NCBI GenBank assembly: GCA_902634075.1
Contig: CACPJA010000001.1
Location: 25,629 to 89,628, forward strand
Direction of reading: 5' to 3'
Source of the DNA: an uncultured Gammaproteobacteria bacterium
Lineage (GTDB): Bacteria; Pseudomonadota; Gammaproteobacteria; Steroidobacterales; UBA11654
Length of the DNA: 64,000 nt
The translations under genes were made by a program, and so were the position numbers. Below the pieces are notes generated by a model. It saw nothing but the letters and a program-made list of their open reading frames with translations, did not search any database and was not told where the DNA came from. The first letter of the stretch is position 1; each line of letters starts with the position of its first letter. Below, one piece after another: positions 47,594-57,384 of this stretch.

Positions 47594-49735
47594 ATGGAAA
47601 CCGAAAACATTCTAGGCCAATTAAATGAACCACAAAGAGAGGCTGTAACGAGTGGAAAAACCTCGGTTATGGTTTTAGCTGGCGCTGGCAGTGGCAAAAC
47701 ACGGGTGTTGGTGCATAGAATTGCTTGGTTGGTAAGCGTTGATAAAAACTCGCCGTTAAATGTTTTCGCGGTGACCTTCACCAACAAGGCTGCAAATGAA
47801 ATGCGACAAAGGATTGGAGAAATGCTTGGCCTTGACACAAGAGGGATGTGGGTTGGAACCTTTCATGGCTTGGCTCATAAGTTTCTTAGGCTGCATTGGA
47901 AAGACGCTGGCCTAGATCAGGGCTTTCAAGTTCTTGATTCAGATGACCAGCATCGCCAGATCAAACGAATGATAAAAGACCAAGGTCTCGATGAATCCTA
48001 CTATCCGCCAAAAGAGGTTCAGTGGTTCATTAACACGCAAAAGGATTTAGGGCTAAGAGCAGAAAAGGTCAAGGACAATCCGACAAAAAGAGAGTTTATT
48101 CAACTCTACAAGGATTATGAAAAAAAGTGTCGGCAGAACAACTTGGTAGACTTTGGGGAGCTGCTTTTACGTTGTTACGAAACCTTAAAAACAACACCAA
48201 CTCTTCTTGAGCATTATCAAAAAAGATTTAACAACATTCTTGTCGATGAATTCCAAGACACCAATGAAATCCAATATCAAATGGTGCGTTTACTAACCGG
48301 CAAAACCGGTGTTGCTTTTGTGGTTGGAGATGATGATCAATCAATCTATAAATGGAGAGGAGCAAACAGTGCAAACATGTCTCGTTTTCAAAAAGAGTTT
48401 GATGCCGTAAGGGTTATTAAAATGGAACAAAATTATCGTTCTACAAAAACCATTTTAGATGCTGCAAACGCTGTAATATCGAACAACGATGAGCGCTTAG
48501 AAAAAACTCTATGGACAGCCGAAGAAAGCGGCCCTCAAATTAAACTGGTCGCAAACTACGATGAGTATGAAGAAGCGCATAATATCGTTGACACCATTCA
48601 GTCAAAAAAACACCCGTTAAAGGATGTTGCTATCCTTTATCGATCGAACGCTCAGTCAAGAGTTATTGAAGAAGCTATGCTTCAACATGCTATTCCCTAC
48701 CGAGTTTATGGGGGCTTTAGGTTTTTTGATCGGGCTGAAGTAAAGGACGTGCTTGCCTATTTAAGACTCTCTATTAACCCGAACGATGATTTGGCTTTTG
48801 AGCGAGCATCCAACGTGCCGCCAAAAGGTATTGGTTCAAAAACACTAAGCCAAATTAGATCACAAGCACAAACCGAGAATCTGTCGCTCTATGTTGCCTC
48901 ATCAGATCTTATTAAAAACTCAAAAATTAGCGGCAGAGCTAAAAATGCTGTTGGTGGTTTTTTGGCCCAAATCCAAAACATAGAAAAACAAATGGCAAAC
49001 AAGCCCCTAAAAGAGCAATTTGAGCTGGCCATCAAAGAGTCAAAACTTATACAGTTCCTTGAGAAGAAAAAGACTGAACAGGCAGCTACTAAAATAGACA
49101 ATATCATGGAACTCATTAATGCTGCCCATGGATACAGGCCTTTGTTGGATGAGGATGAAATAACCCCGCTTGAGTCTTTCCTATCGCACGCAGCATTAGA
49201 ATCGGGCGAACACCAAGCTAGTGAATGGCAAGACAGTGTTCAATTAATGACGATGCATTCAGCAAAAGGTTTGGAGTTCCCTTTGGTTTTTATTGTTGGC
49301 ATGGAGGATGGCTTGTTTCCTCATCAGCGGTCCCAAATGGATCCGGGTGGCTTAGAGGAAGAAAGGCGTCTTTGTTACGTCGCAATCACCCGATCGATGA
49401 AGGAGCTTTATATTTCTTATGCCAACCAAAGACTGGTCCATGGCACCACCAATTATAGCCATCCTTCTAGATTTCTTTTTGAGATTCCTGAAAAACTAAT
49501 TGATGAGGTATCCAACCACGGGGTCCTTTCTGACTCAAAAAATAAGTACGACAGCAAGCCTAAAAAAGACAAGGCGGCTTCGCTCTTGGGACAAAGGATA
49601 GCGCACCCTGTTTTTGGTGAAGGTGTGGTTATTGCCATTGAGGGCGACGGGGACAACACAAGAGCGCAAATTAACTTTGAAACCGACGGTACAAAGTGGG
49701 TTGTTTTAAGCTATGCAAACCTGAAATTCATGTAA
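47594..49735 (+). CDS. uvrD: DNA helicase II
   Basis: AGAGSGKTRVL, VDEFQDTN, VGDDDQSIY, EQNYRST, MHSAKGLEF, EEERRLCYVAITR; C-terminal Tudor-like tail. Confidence 0.95.
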   Translation: METENILGQLNEPQREAVTSGKTSVMVLAGAGSGKTRVLVHRIAWLVSVDKNSPLNVFAVTFTNKAANEMRQRIGEMLGLDTRGMWVGTFHGLAHKFLRLHWKDAGLDQGFQVLDSDDQHRQIKRMIKDQGLDESYYPPKEVQWFINTQKDLGLRAEKVKDNPTKREFIQLYKDYEKKCRQNNLVDFGELLLRCYETLKTTPTLLEHYQKRFNNILVDEFQDTNEIQYQMVRLLTGKTGVAFVVGDDDQSIYKWRGANSANMSRFQKEFDAVRVIKMEQNYRSTKTILDAANAVISNNDERLEKTLWTAEESGPQIKLVANYDEYEEAHNIVDTIQSKKHPLKDVAILYRSNAQSRVIEEAMLQHAIPYRVYGGFRFFDRAEVKDVLAYLRLSINPNDDLAFERASNVPPKGIGSKTLSQIRSQAQTENLSLYVASSDLIKNSKISGRAKNAVGGFLAQIQNIEKQMANKPLKEQFELAIKESKLIQFLEKKKTEQAATKIDNIMELINAAHGYRPLLDEDEITPLESFLSHAALESGEHQASEWQDSVQLMTMHSAKGLEFPLVFIVGMEDGLFPHQRSQMDPGGLEEERRLCYVAITRSMKELYISYANQRLVHGTTNYSHPSRFLFEIPEKLIDEVSNHGVLSDSKNKYDSKPKKDKAASLLGQRIAHPVFGEGVVIAIEGDGDNTRAQINFETDGTKWVVLSYANLKFM

Positions 49736-49752
49736 AATAAACACACAGAAGC

Positions 49753-51111
49753 ATGAATATTTTAATACTAGGTGCGGGTCAAGTCGGTTCATCTACAGCA
49801 GTCCAGCTTGCGAACAATGAAGATGATGAAGTAACTATTGTTGATCTTGATCCAGACAAGCTCGAAAAGCTTTCGGGTTCAGCAGACCTGAGGGTTGTTG
49901 AAGGCAATGCCTCTTATCCAGAAACGTTGGAGAAAGCAGGTGCCGAAAGTGCTGATATTTTAATTGCAGTAACGAGCAGCGATGAGGTTAACATGGTTGC
50001 TTGTCAGATCGCCTCGAGCCTGTTTAACACGCAAACCAAGATAGCAAGAATCAGAGCCTCTGAATACACCGACAGACCGGAGTTATTCTCAGAGAATGAG
50101 GTCCCTGTGGATTTTACTATTAGCCCAGAAGACTTAATCACAAACTATATTATCGAGGTAATTGACCACCCGGGTGCTTTTCAGGTGTTAGATTTTGCTG
50201 AGGGCAAAATAAGAATGGTTGGGGTCAAAACCAAGCCGCAAGGGTTTCTGGTTGATAACCCAATCAGCACCCTACACGATCACCTAGGTAATGAAAAGGT
50301 TAGGATTGCAGCAATATACAGAGAAGGGGAAATGATTGCGCCAGAGGGAAAGACAGTTATAAAAGCCGATGATGAGGTTTACTTTATTGCTGCTCCTGAC
50401 GATATTGACCATATGATTACAGAGTTTAACCAAGACCAAGAAGAGGCGAACAACATTGTTATAGCAGGCGGTGGCAGGATAGGTCTAAAGTTGGCCAGCA
50501 GATTAGAACAAGATAACAGCGTAAAATTAATTGAAAAGTCCACAAAAAGGGCAAAAATTCTTGCCGAGCGTCTTGATACAACAATTGTTTTAAAAGGAGA
50601 CTCATCAGATGATGCTCTGCTTAAAGAAGAGAACATTGAAAACAATGATGTGTTTGTAGCCACCACCAACTCGGAAGAAGCCAATATTCTCTCAGCCATG
50701 GTGGCAAAAAAAATGGGCAGTAAAAAAGTGATGGCATTAATTAATAAAGACTCCTTTTCGGGCCTGATGGAAACAGACAGTATCGATATCGCAATTTCAG
50801 CAGAACAAATTACGATTAGTGCTCTCCTCTCGCATGTTAGAAGGGGTGATGTTGTAAAAGTCCACAGCTTAAAGCGAGGTAACGCAGAAGCTTTAGAGGC
50901 TGTAGCACACACGCATGAGGATTCTCAAGTTGTCGGTAAAAGTATTGAAGAAATAGATCTTCCTGAAGGGGCTTTTATCACTGCCGTCGTTTCAAACGAA
51001 GGAGAAATTAAAACTGTTCATCACACAACCATTATAGAGTCGGATGATCATGTTGTTGTTTTTATAAACAATAGAGATACCATTACAGAAATAGAAACAA
51101 TTTTTGACTAA
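49753..51111 (+). CDS. trkA: Trk K+ uptake regulatory subunit
   Basis: Two RCK domains, ILGAGQVG and IAGGGRIG. Confidence 0.95.
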   Translation: MNILILGAGQVGSSTAVQLANNEDDEVTIVDLDPDKLEKLSGSADLRVVEGNASYPETLEKAGAESADILIAVTSSDEVNMVACQIASSLFNTQTKIARIRASEYTDRPELFSENEVPVDFTISPEDLITNYIIEVIDHPGAFQVLDFAEGKIRMVGVKTKPQGFLVDNPISTLHDHLGNEKVRIAAIYREGEMIAPEGKTVIKADDEVYFIAAPDDIDHMITEFNQDQEEANNIVIAGGGRIGLKLASRLEQDNSVKLIEKSTKRAKILAERLDTTIVLKGDSSDDALLKEENIENNDVFVATTNSEEANILSAMVAKKMGSKKVMALINKDSFSGLMETDSIDIAISAEQITISALLSHVRRGDVVKVHSLKRGNAEALEAVAHTHEDSQVVGKSIEEIDLPEGAFITAVVSNEGEIKTVHHTTIIESDDHVVVFINNRDTITEIETIFD

Positions 51112-51145
51112 ACCCTATTAATCACCGCTTTGCTTTTCTGAAACC

Positions 51146-52612
51146 ATGGTCCTAAATAATTTTAAATCCGTTCAAAAAACCTTGGGTTTGCTGTTGATGG
51201 TTTTTAGTTGCTCAATGTTGGTACCATTTATTGTTTCTGGAATCTTTGGCGACATCTACACCGCTTCTTCGTTTTTAGCCTCTTTTACATTCACTCTCCT
51301 TGCAGGTTTAATCATTTGGTTACCGAGCAGGAGGGTAGAATCTGAGATCAGGCTGAAAGAGGGTTTTATTATTGTTGCCTCTTTCTGGATCATATTAGCT
51401 CTTTTTGGCTCTATCCCTTTTTTAATGTTGCCAGAAAGCAATTTAAGTCTTACTGACGCCATATTTGAATCTGCCTCGGGGCTGACCACCACCGGTGCAA
51501 CAGTCATGACCAATATAGATTTATTGCCCAAAGGTTTGTTGTTTTATAGAGCACAACTTCAGTGGCTTGGTGGCTTAGGTATCATTGTATTGGCGGTTGC
51601 TATTCTTCCTCTGCTTGGGGTCGGAGGCATGCATTTATACAGGGCAGAATCTGCTGCCTCAATGAGAGAATCTAAATTCACACCGAGACAAAAACAAACC
51701 GCAAGGTCATTGGCTTATATTTATCTTGCCCTGACCATCTTGTGTGCTTCGGGTTACCTCCTTGGTGGCATGACTCTCTTTGATGCTGTGTGTCATGCGA
51801 TGACAACGGTTGCTATTGGCGGATTCTCAACTCACGATGCGAGCTTTGGTTATTTTGATGGCTCTACTATGATCTATTGGGTTTCAAGCATTTTTATGCT
51901 GTTGGCAGGCGTTAACTTTTCATTGCATTTCTTTGCCTGGAAAAGCAAGTCCCTCTCCACATATATAAAAGATTCAGAGTTTAAGGCCTACATTGGCTTA
52001 TTGTTATCTGTCGTCATAATTTCTGGGCTGGTTCTAATGAGAGGCTCTACAGACGGTTTTGACGAGGTGTCCTTTTCTCAAATGTTCTTTCAAGTGGTCT
52101 CGATTGGTACAACCACAGGCTACACGTCATCGGGGTATGGGATGTGGCCGATTTTTATTCCTTTCTTGTTGTTGTTGCTAAGTTTTGTTGGCGGCTCTGT
52201 CGGGTCTACGGGTGGAGGGCTAAAAGTTGCTCGCTGCTTGATATTGTTTAAACAAGGCTTAAGAGAGGCAAAGCGTCTGATCCATCCGAGTGCTGAAATT
52301 GTCGTAAAAATTAATCAAAAAGGGGTTGAGCAGAGAATTTTAGACTCTGTTTGGGGCTTTATGTCTGCCTATATTGGTATTTTAGTTGTGTTCACATTAA
52401 TTATGTTGGCGTGCGGCTTAAATGAACTCACTGCGTTTTCTGCCGTGGCTGCTTCTTTAAATAATCTGGGGCCAGGTCTTGGTGATGTTTTCGTAAACTA
52501 CGCTGATCTTGGGTCGCTTCCTAAATGGGTTTGTATTTCTGCGATGGTGCTAGGGAGGCTTGAGATCTTTGCCTTGCTAGTGTTGTTCACACCGGCTTTT
52601 TGGCAAGATTAG
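51146..52612 (+). CDS. trkH: Trk K+ uptake membrane subunit
   Basis: SGLTTTGAT, QWLGGLGI, GGFST, TTTGY, STGGGLK, NNLGPG, LGRLEI. Confidence 0.95.
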   Translation: MVLNNFKSVQKTLGLLLMVFSCSMLVPFIVSGIFGDIYTASSFLASFTFTLLAGLIIWLPSRRVESEIRLKEGFIIVASFWIILALFGSIPFLMLPESNLSLTDAIFESASGLTTTGATVMTNIDLLPKGLLFYRAQLQWLGGLGIIVLAVAILPLLGVGGMHLYRAESAASMRESKFTPRQKQTARSLAYIYLALTILCASGYLLGGMTLFDAVCHAMTTVAIGGFSTHDASFGYFDGSTMIYWVSSIFMLLAGVNFSLHFFAWKSKSLSTYIKDSEFKAYIGLLLSVVIISGLVLMRGSTDGFDEVSFSQMFFQVVSIGTTTGYTSSGYGMWPIFIPFLLLLLSFVGGSVGSTGGGLKVARCLILFKQGLREAKRLIHPSAEIVVKINQKGVEQRILDSVWGFMSAYIGILVVFTLIMLACGLNELTAFSAVAASLNNLGPGLGDVFVNYADLGSLPKWVCISAMVLGRLEIFALLVLFTPAFWQD

Positions 52613-52619
52613 CTCTCAT

Positions 52620-53132
52620 ATGTCTGTGATTAAACAGGTTTTATCCGCCTTCAATAAAATTAATGTTTCGTTGGGCAAGTTGGTGTCCTGGTTGGTCTTA
52701 CTTATGGTTGTCACCGTCTTTGGCATCGTTATCCTGAGGTATGTGTTTTCTATTGGCTGGATTTGGCTTCAAGAGCTGGTCACCTGGATGCATGCCATGG
52801 TCTTTTTGTTAGTGGCGGCCTATACCTTGAGCGAAGACGCTCATGTTCGTGTTGATGTGTTTTATCGGCGTTGGTCTAAGAATACCCAGCGTCGAGTTAA
52901 TCTTTTTGGAAGTTTGTTTTGTTTGTGTCCGGTCTCCCTCTTTTTGGTGATAGGTTCATTGGATTATGTTGAAACATCTTGGACAATAAAAGAGGCGTCA
53001 AAAGATGCTGGCGGCTTAGCCTACCCCTTCGTGCCCATATTAAAGACGGCCATTCCTCTAACTGGGGTACTGCTTTTTATACAAGGGTTGTTTATTGCTT
53101 TCAAATCCTTGGGTGGGAATGACAATGATTGA
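52620..53132 (+). CDS. dctQ: TRAP transporter small permease
   Basis: VILRYVF, AYTL...AHVRVDVFY, four TM helices. Confidence 0.9.
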   Translation: MSVIKQVLSAFNKINVSLGKLVSWLVLLMVVTVFGIVILRYVFSIGWIWLQELVTWMHAMVFLLVAAYTLSEDAHVRVDVFYRRWSKNTQRRVNLFGSLFCLCPVSLFLVIGSLDYVETSWTIKEASKDAGGLAYPFVPILKTAIPLTGVLLFIQGLFIAFKSLGGNDND

Positions 53133-54492
53133 AGCGATCATTCTTTTCTTTACTGTCATCTTGTTCCTCTTGATTGGCTTCCCGGTCGCTTTTACCTTAG
53201 CGGGAGTTGCCCTGCTGTTTGCGGGTATCGGCTTACTCACTGGAAATTTCGAAGCTGGTTACCTAAGTGCCTTGCCGAGCAGGCTCTTTGGAATTATGAC
53301 CAACGAAACCCTTATCGCGGTCCCATTATTCGTTTTCATGGGCATCACCCTGGAAAAATCAAAGTTGGCTGAAGATCTTTTAGAAACACTAAGCTCCTTA
53401 TTTGGAACTTACAGGGGTGGGTTGGGCTTAGCTGTGGTTCTGGTTGGAATGCTCTTGGCAGCAAGCACGGGTATTGTTGGTGCCACGGTTGTGACCATGG
53501 GGCTCTTGTCTTTGCCAACGATGTTAAAACGAGGGTACAAACCCGAAATAGCGACGGGTGTTATTGCCGCCTCAGGAACTCTCGGTCAAATAATACCTCC
53601 TTCTATTGTTTTGGTTTTATTGGGCGATGTCTTGTCTTCTTCGTTTCAGCAAGCTCAGCTTCAACGGGGTATTTATTCGCCTGAAACAGTTTCAGTTGGA
53701 GACTTGTTTGTTGGGGCGATCATCCCTGGCCTGCTCTTGGTCTTGCTTTATATGCTCTACCTTGTCTTTATCTCCTTTTTAAAACCAGAATCAATGCCTC
53801 CAGCAAAGGTTGTTAATGATGATGAGAAAAAGTCGTTGGCAAGCTTGCTCTGGGTTTTAATTCCTCCTCTGTTTTTAATGGTGGCGGTTTTGGGCTCAAT
53901 TATTTTTGGGATTGCAACGATCACCGAGGCAGCTGGTGTGGGTGCTGTTGGTGCGCTGCTCTTGGCGGCAACAAAGCAACAACTACGATTTGATGTATTG
54001 AAAGATGTGTGCCAAGAAACTGCCAAATTAACCAGCATGGTGTTTTTAATCTTAATCGGTGCTTCGATCTTCTCCTTGGTGTTCAGGGGTTATGAAGGTG
54101 ACGAGTTGGTTCAAGCTTATTTGTCGTCAGTGCCTGGGGGTGTTGTTGGTATCGTGGTAGTGGTTATGCTGGCTATGTTTTTGCTGGGTTTTGTTCTAGA
54201 TTTTATAGAAATTACGTTTGTGGTGGTGCCCATTGTGGCGCCTATAGTTCTGGCCCTTGGGGTAGACCCGGTTTGGTTGGGCATATTGATTGCCATCAAC
54301 CTACAAACCTCTTTTTTAACCCCGCCGTTTGGGTTTGCCTTGTTTTATTTAAGGGGTGTCGCCCCAGAGTCCATAGAAACGAAAGCAATCTATAAGGGTG
54401 CGTTGCCGTTTGTTGCAATCCAGTTATTCATGTTGCTACTGATAGCCCTATTCCCAGAGCTAGTAACCTGGTTGCCAGACCAAATCTATTAA
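53125..54492 (+). CDS. dctM: TRAP transporter large permease
   Basis: AVPLFVFMG, ASTGIVGA, GTLGQIIPPS, NLQTSFLTPPFG; start 53119 or 53125. Confidence 0.92.
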   Translation: MIEAIILFFTVILFLLIGFPVAFTLAGVALLFAGIGLLTGNFEAGYLSALPSRLFGIMTNETLIAVPLFVFMGITLEKSKLAEDLLETLSSLFGTYRGGLGLAVVLVGMLLAASTGIVGATVVTMGLLSLPTMLKRGYKPEIATGVIAASGTLGQIIPPSIVLVLLGDVLSSSFQQAQLQRGIYSPETVSVGDLFVGAIIPGLLLVLLYMLYLVFISFLKPESMPPAKVVNDDEKKSLASLLWVLIPPLFLMVAVLGSIIFGIATITEAAGVGAVGALLLAATKQQLRFDVLKDVCQETAKLTSMVFLILIGASIFSLVFRGYEGDELVQAYLSSVPGGVVGIVVVVMLAMFLLGFVLDFIEITFVVVPIVAPIVLALGVDPVWLGILIAINLQTSFLTPPFGFALFYLRGVAPESIETKAIYKGALPFVAIQLFMLLLIALFPELVTWLPDQIY

Positions 54493-54525
54493 GAAGCCCT
54501 GTCAAGATTCACAAAGGTTGGTGTT

Positions 54526-55599
54526 TTATTCGTATCTGTTCTGAAGCAGGGCGTACTCGGAGATCTTTGTCCACTTTTCAACTGTCTTTTTGTAGTCCGA
54601 GAAAGATTTATAGATTTTTGCAAACTTGGGATCTTTGTCGATTATCTCACCAATAATCTCTTCTGCTGACTCTTTAAAAGCATCCATGACATCTTTAGGG
54701 AAAGGAGATATTTTAATATCGTCCATTTGTTCAATCTGCTCTAAAGCAAACGAGTTCCTGGCCATAAACTCAGCAAGCATGCTGTCGTTTGTGGCGCTGG
54801 CAGCTATATCGACAATGGTTTGTAGGTCCTTGGGCAGTGATTCATAAGCCTCTTTATTAACAATGCATTCCAGGGTGGGGCCGCCCTCGTGCCATCCGGG
54901 ATAGTAGTAATGTTTGGCGACTTTGTGGAAACCAAAAGTAAGGTCGTTATAAGGCCCAATCCACTCAGCTGCATCAAGCGTTCCAGTTTGAAGGGCTGTG
55001 AAAATTTCAGCGCCCGGCATAGCAACCGGTGTCCCTCCATTTCGTCTGAGCACCTCACCACCAAAACCTGGGATTCGCATTTTTAGTCCTTGAAGATCAT
55101 TAACTGAGTTGATTTCTTTTTTAAACCAGCCGCCCATTTGACAGCCAGAGTTTCCTGCAGGATAGGGTCTTAGATTAAAGTCTTCGTAGAGTTCTCGATA
55201 GAGTTCCATACCGCCACCAAAATAATGCCAACCGTTTAGCTCCATGGCATTTAAACCAAAAGGTAGTGTGGTAAATATTTGTGTCGCCTCGCTTTTACCT
55301 CGCCAATAATAAGCTGCTCCATGGCCCATCTCGGCACCACCGCTCGAGACATAATCGAACACTTCAAACGCTGGAACAAGCTCGCCTCCTGCAAAGACTT
55401 TTATTTTTATTCTGCCGCCTGAGGCTGCTTCAATGTTTTTTGCCATTCTCATGGCGCCGGTGCCTAAACCTGGAAAGTTAGGTGGCCACGTGGTGACCAT
55501 TTTCCATTTAAAAACGTCTTTTTTTTGGGCTTTTGTTTTACTTGCTGCTGCAAGCCCTGCTGCTCCAATACCGCCAACAATTAAGTCTCTTCGTTTCAC
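54526..55599 (-). CDS. dctP: TRAP substrate-binding protein (TakP-like), Tat-exported
   Basis: KRRDLI twin-arginine leader, WKMVTTWP, GLKMRIPG, YYYPGWHE. Confidence 0.9.
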   Translation of the reverse strand: MKRRDLIVGGIGAAGLAAASKTKAQKKDVFKWKMVTTWPPNFPGLGTGAMRMAKNIEAASGGRIKIKVFAGGELVPAFEVFDYVSSGGAEMGHGAAYYWRGKSEATQIFTTLPFGLNAMELNGWHYFGGGMELYRELYEDFNLRPYPAGNSGCQMGGWFKKEINSVNDLQGLKMRIPGFGGEVLRRNGGTPVAMPGAEIFTALQTGTLDAAEWIGPYNDLTFGFHKVAKHYYYPGWHEGGPTLECIVNKEAYESLPKDLQTIVDIAASATNDSMLAEFMARNSFALEQIEQMDDIKISPFPKDVMDAFKESAEEIIGEIIDKDPKFAKIYKSFSDYKKTVEKWTKISEYALLQNRYE

Positions 55600-55677
55600 C
55601 TTTTTCCTTGTTTTGGGTGGGTAATATTATTCATGATAGTACCCGATATTTATTAAATAGTGTGTTATTTTTAGTCC

Positions 55678-56124
55678 ATGATTGCATTAATACAAAGGGT
55701 AAGTCGTGCCTCAGTTGATATAAACGAAAAAGAGGTCGCAACTATCAGTACTGGGCTTATGGTCTTGTTGGGTATACAAGTTGATGACTCTGAAAAAGAG
55801 GCCAGAAAGCTTGCTCAAAAAACAGTTTCGCTAAGGGTTTTTGATGATGACAACGGTGACATGAATCTAGATGTTAAATCAGTTGAAGGCGGTGTGTTAA
55901 TTGTTCCAAACTTTACTCTTGCTGCGGACACCTCTAGAGGAAACCGTCCTGGCTTTTCAACAGCAATGCCGCCTAAAGAAGCCGAACCCTTGTTTGAGTT
56001 GTTTGCTGCAGAAACAAGGGGGCTTACTAAAGAGGTTCAAACCGGTGTTTTTGGTGCCGATATGCAGGTGTTTTTGGTCAATGACGGTCCAATAACAATT
56101 TCATTAGAAACAAAAAATACATGA
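55678..56124 (+). CDS. dtd: D-aminoacyl-tRNA deacylase
   Basis: LIQRVSRASV, NFTLAADT, FGADMQVFLVNDGPIT. Confidence 0.94.
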   Translation: MIALIQRVSRASVDINEKEVATISTGLMVLLGIQVDDSEKEARKLAQKTVSLRVFDDDNGDMNLDVKSVEGGVLIVPNFTLAADTSRGNRPGFSTAMPPKEAEPLFELFAAETRGLTKEVQTGVFGADMQVFLVNDGPITISLETKNT

Positions 56125-56165
56125 TATGATTGTTTTATTACCAAGATTAACTAGAGGATAAACGT

Positions 56166-56405
56166 ATGGGTGCAAGCGGAATAAGTATCTGGCAGCTTTT
56201 GATAGTGCTTTTGATTGTCGTTTTGATATTTGGCACCAAAAGGCTTAAAAACCTAGGCGGTGACTTAGGCGGTGCAATTAAAAGTTTTCGTAAAGGAATG
56301 ACTGAAGCGGAGAAAGCTGAATCTGAATTATCTAATATTGGGGATGAGCTTTCAGGCTCAGCCGAAGAGGAATCCTCAAACACCGAAGACGACGACAAGT
56401 CCTAA
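56166..56405 (+). CDS. tatA: Tat translocase TatA
   Basis: [29 protein letters not shown]. Confidence 0.95.
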   Translation: MGASGISIWQLLIVLLIVVLIFGTKRLKNLGGDLGGAIKSFRKGMTEAEKAESELSNIGDELSGSAEEESSNTEDDDKS

Positions 56406-56411
56406 ATCGTA

Positions 56412-56639
56412 ATGTTTGACATTGGGTTTTGGGAAATGTTGTTGCTGTGTGCCTTGGGCCTAGTTGTCCTGGGACCAAAACGACTTCCTGAGGTGGCATT
56501 GAAAATCGGTAACTACTTAGGCAAGGCTCGTTCCATGGTTAACTCATTTACTCGACAAATGCGTCAAGAGGTTGAGCTAACGCCTAACCGGCCAATGTCG
56601 CCTAAGGACAATAAACCCAAAGACCCTGAAGACAAATAA
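56412..56639 (+). CDS. tatB: Tat translocase TatB (short)
   Basis: MFDIGFWE, VVLGPKRLP. Confidence 0.92.
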   Translation: MFDIGFWEMLLLCALGLVVLGPKRLPEVALKIGNYLGKARSMVNSFTRQMRQEVELTPNRPMSPKDNKPKDPEDK

Positions 56640-57376
56640 TGTCGGAAGAAGAGTTGCAAGAAGAAACCCTGCTGTCTCATCTTATTGAGCTCCGCTCGAG
56701 ATTACTAAAAGCAGGTTCTGCGGTTTTGCTTTTATTTGTTGTTCTAATCCCTTTTGCTGATGAGGTCTTCAACCGTATTGCTCTGCCGCTTATGAATCAG
56801 CTCCCCGAGGGTTCTACAATGATTGCTACACAAGTTGCATCACCCTTTTTAACCCCCTTTAAGACCACGATGTTTGCCGCATTGTTTCTTGCTATGCCTG
56901 CTGTTCTTTATCAATTGTGGGGGTTCACTGCTCCTGGGCTGTACACCAAAGAAAAGCGTTTTGCTGTTCCCCTGCTGGTATCCAGCACCTTGTTATTCTA
57001 CCTAGGAGCGCTCTTTGCCTATGTTGTTGTTTTCCCGTTGATGTTTGGGTTTTTCACCTCTGCGGCGCCGGAGGGAGTCTCTGTAATGACCGATATTTCC
57101 AGTTATTTGGATTTTGTATTGGTGTTGTTTTTTGCCTTTGGGTTATCGTTCGAGGTTCCGATAGCAACAGTGATTTTGGTCTGGTCTGGGCTAACGAGTA
57201 TTGAAAGCCTTGAGAAAAACAGGGCTTATGTTTTCTTAGGTGCCTTTATTATAGGAATGCTAATCACACCGCCGGATGTTATTTCACAGACCTTGTTGGC
57301 TGTGCCTGTTTACTTACTTTATGAGTGTGGCATTCTATTGTCTAAAACCCTTAAAATAAAAAGAGATGAGGAGTAG
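56639..57376 (+). CDS. tatC: Tat translocase TatC
   Basis: HLIELRSR, ASPFLTP, APGLY..EK, TPPDVISQ, LYE. Confidence 0.96.
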   Translation: MSEEELQEETLLSHLIELRSRLLKAGSAVLLLFVVLIPFADEVFNRIALPLMNQLPEGSTMIATQVASPFLTPFKTTMFAALFLAMPAVLYQLWGFTAPGLYTKEKRFAVPLLVSSTLLFYLGALFAYVVVFPLMFGFFTSAAPEGVSVMTDISSYLDFVLVLFFAFGLSFEVPIATVILVWSGLTSIESLEKNRAYVFLGAFIIGMLITPPDVISQTLLAVPVYLLYECGILLSKTLKIKRDEE

Positions 57377-57384
57377 CTAAAACC

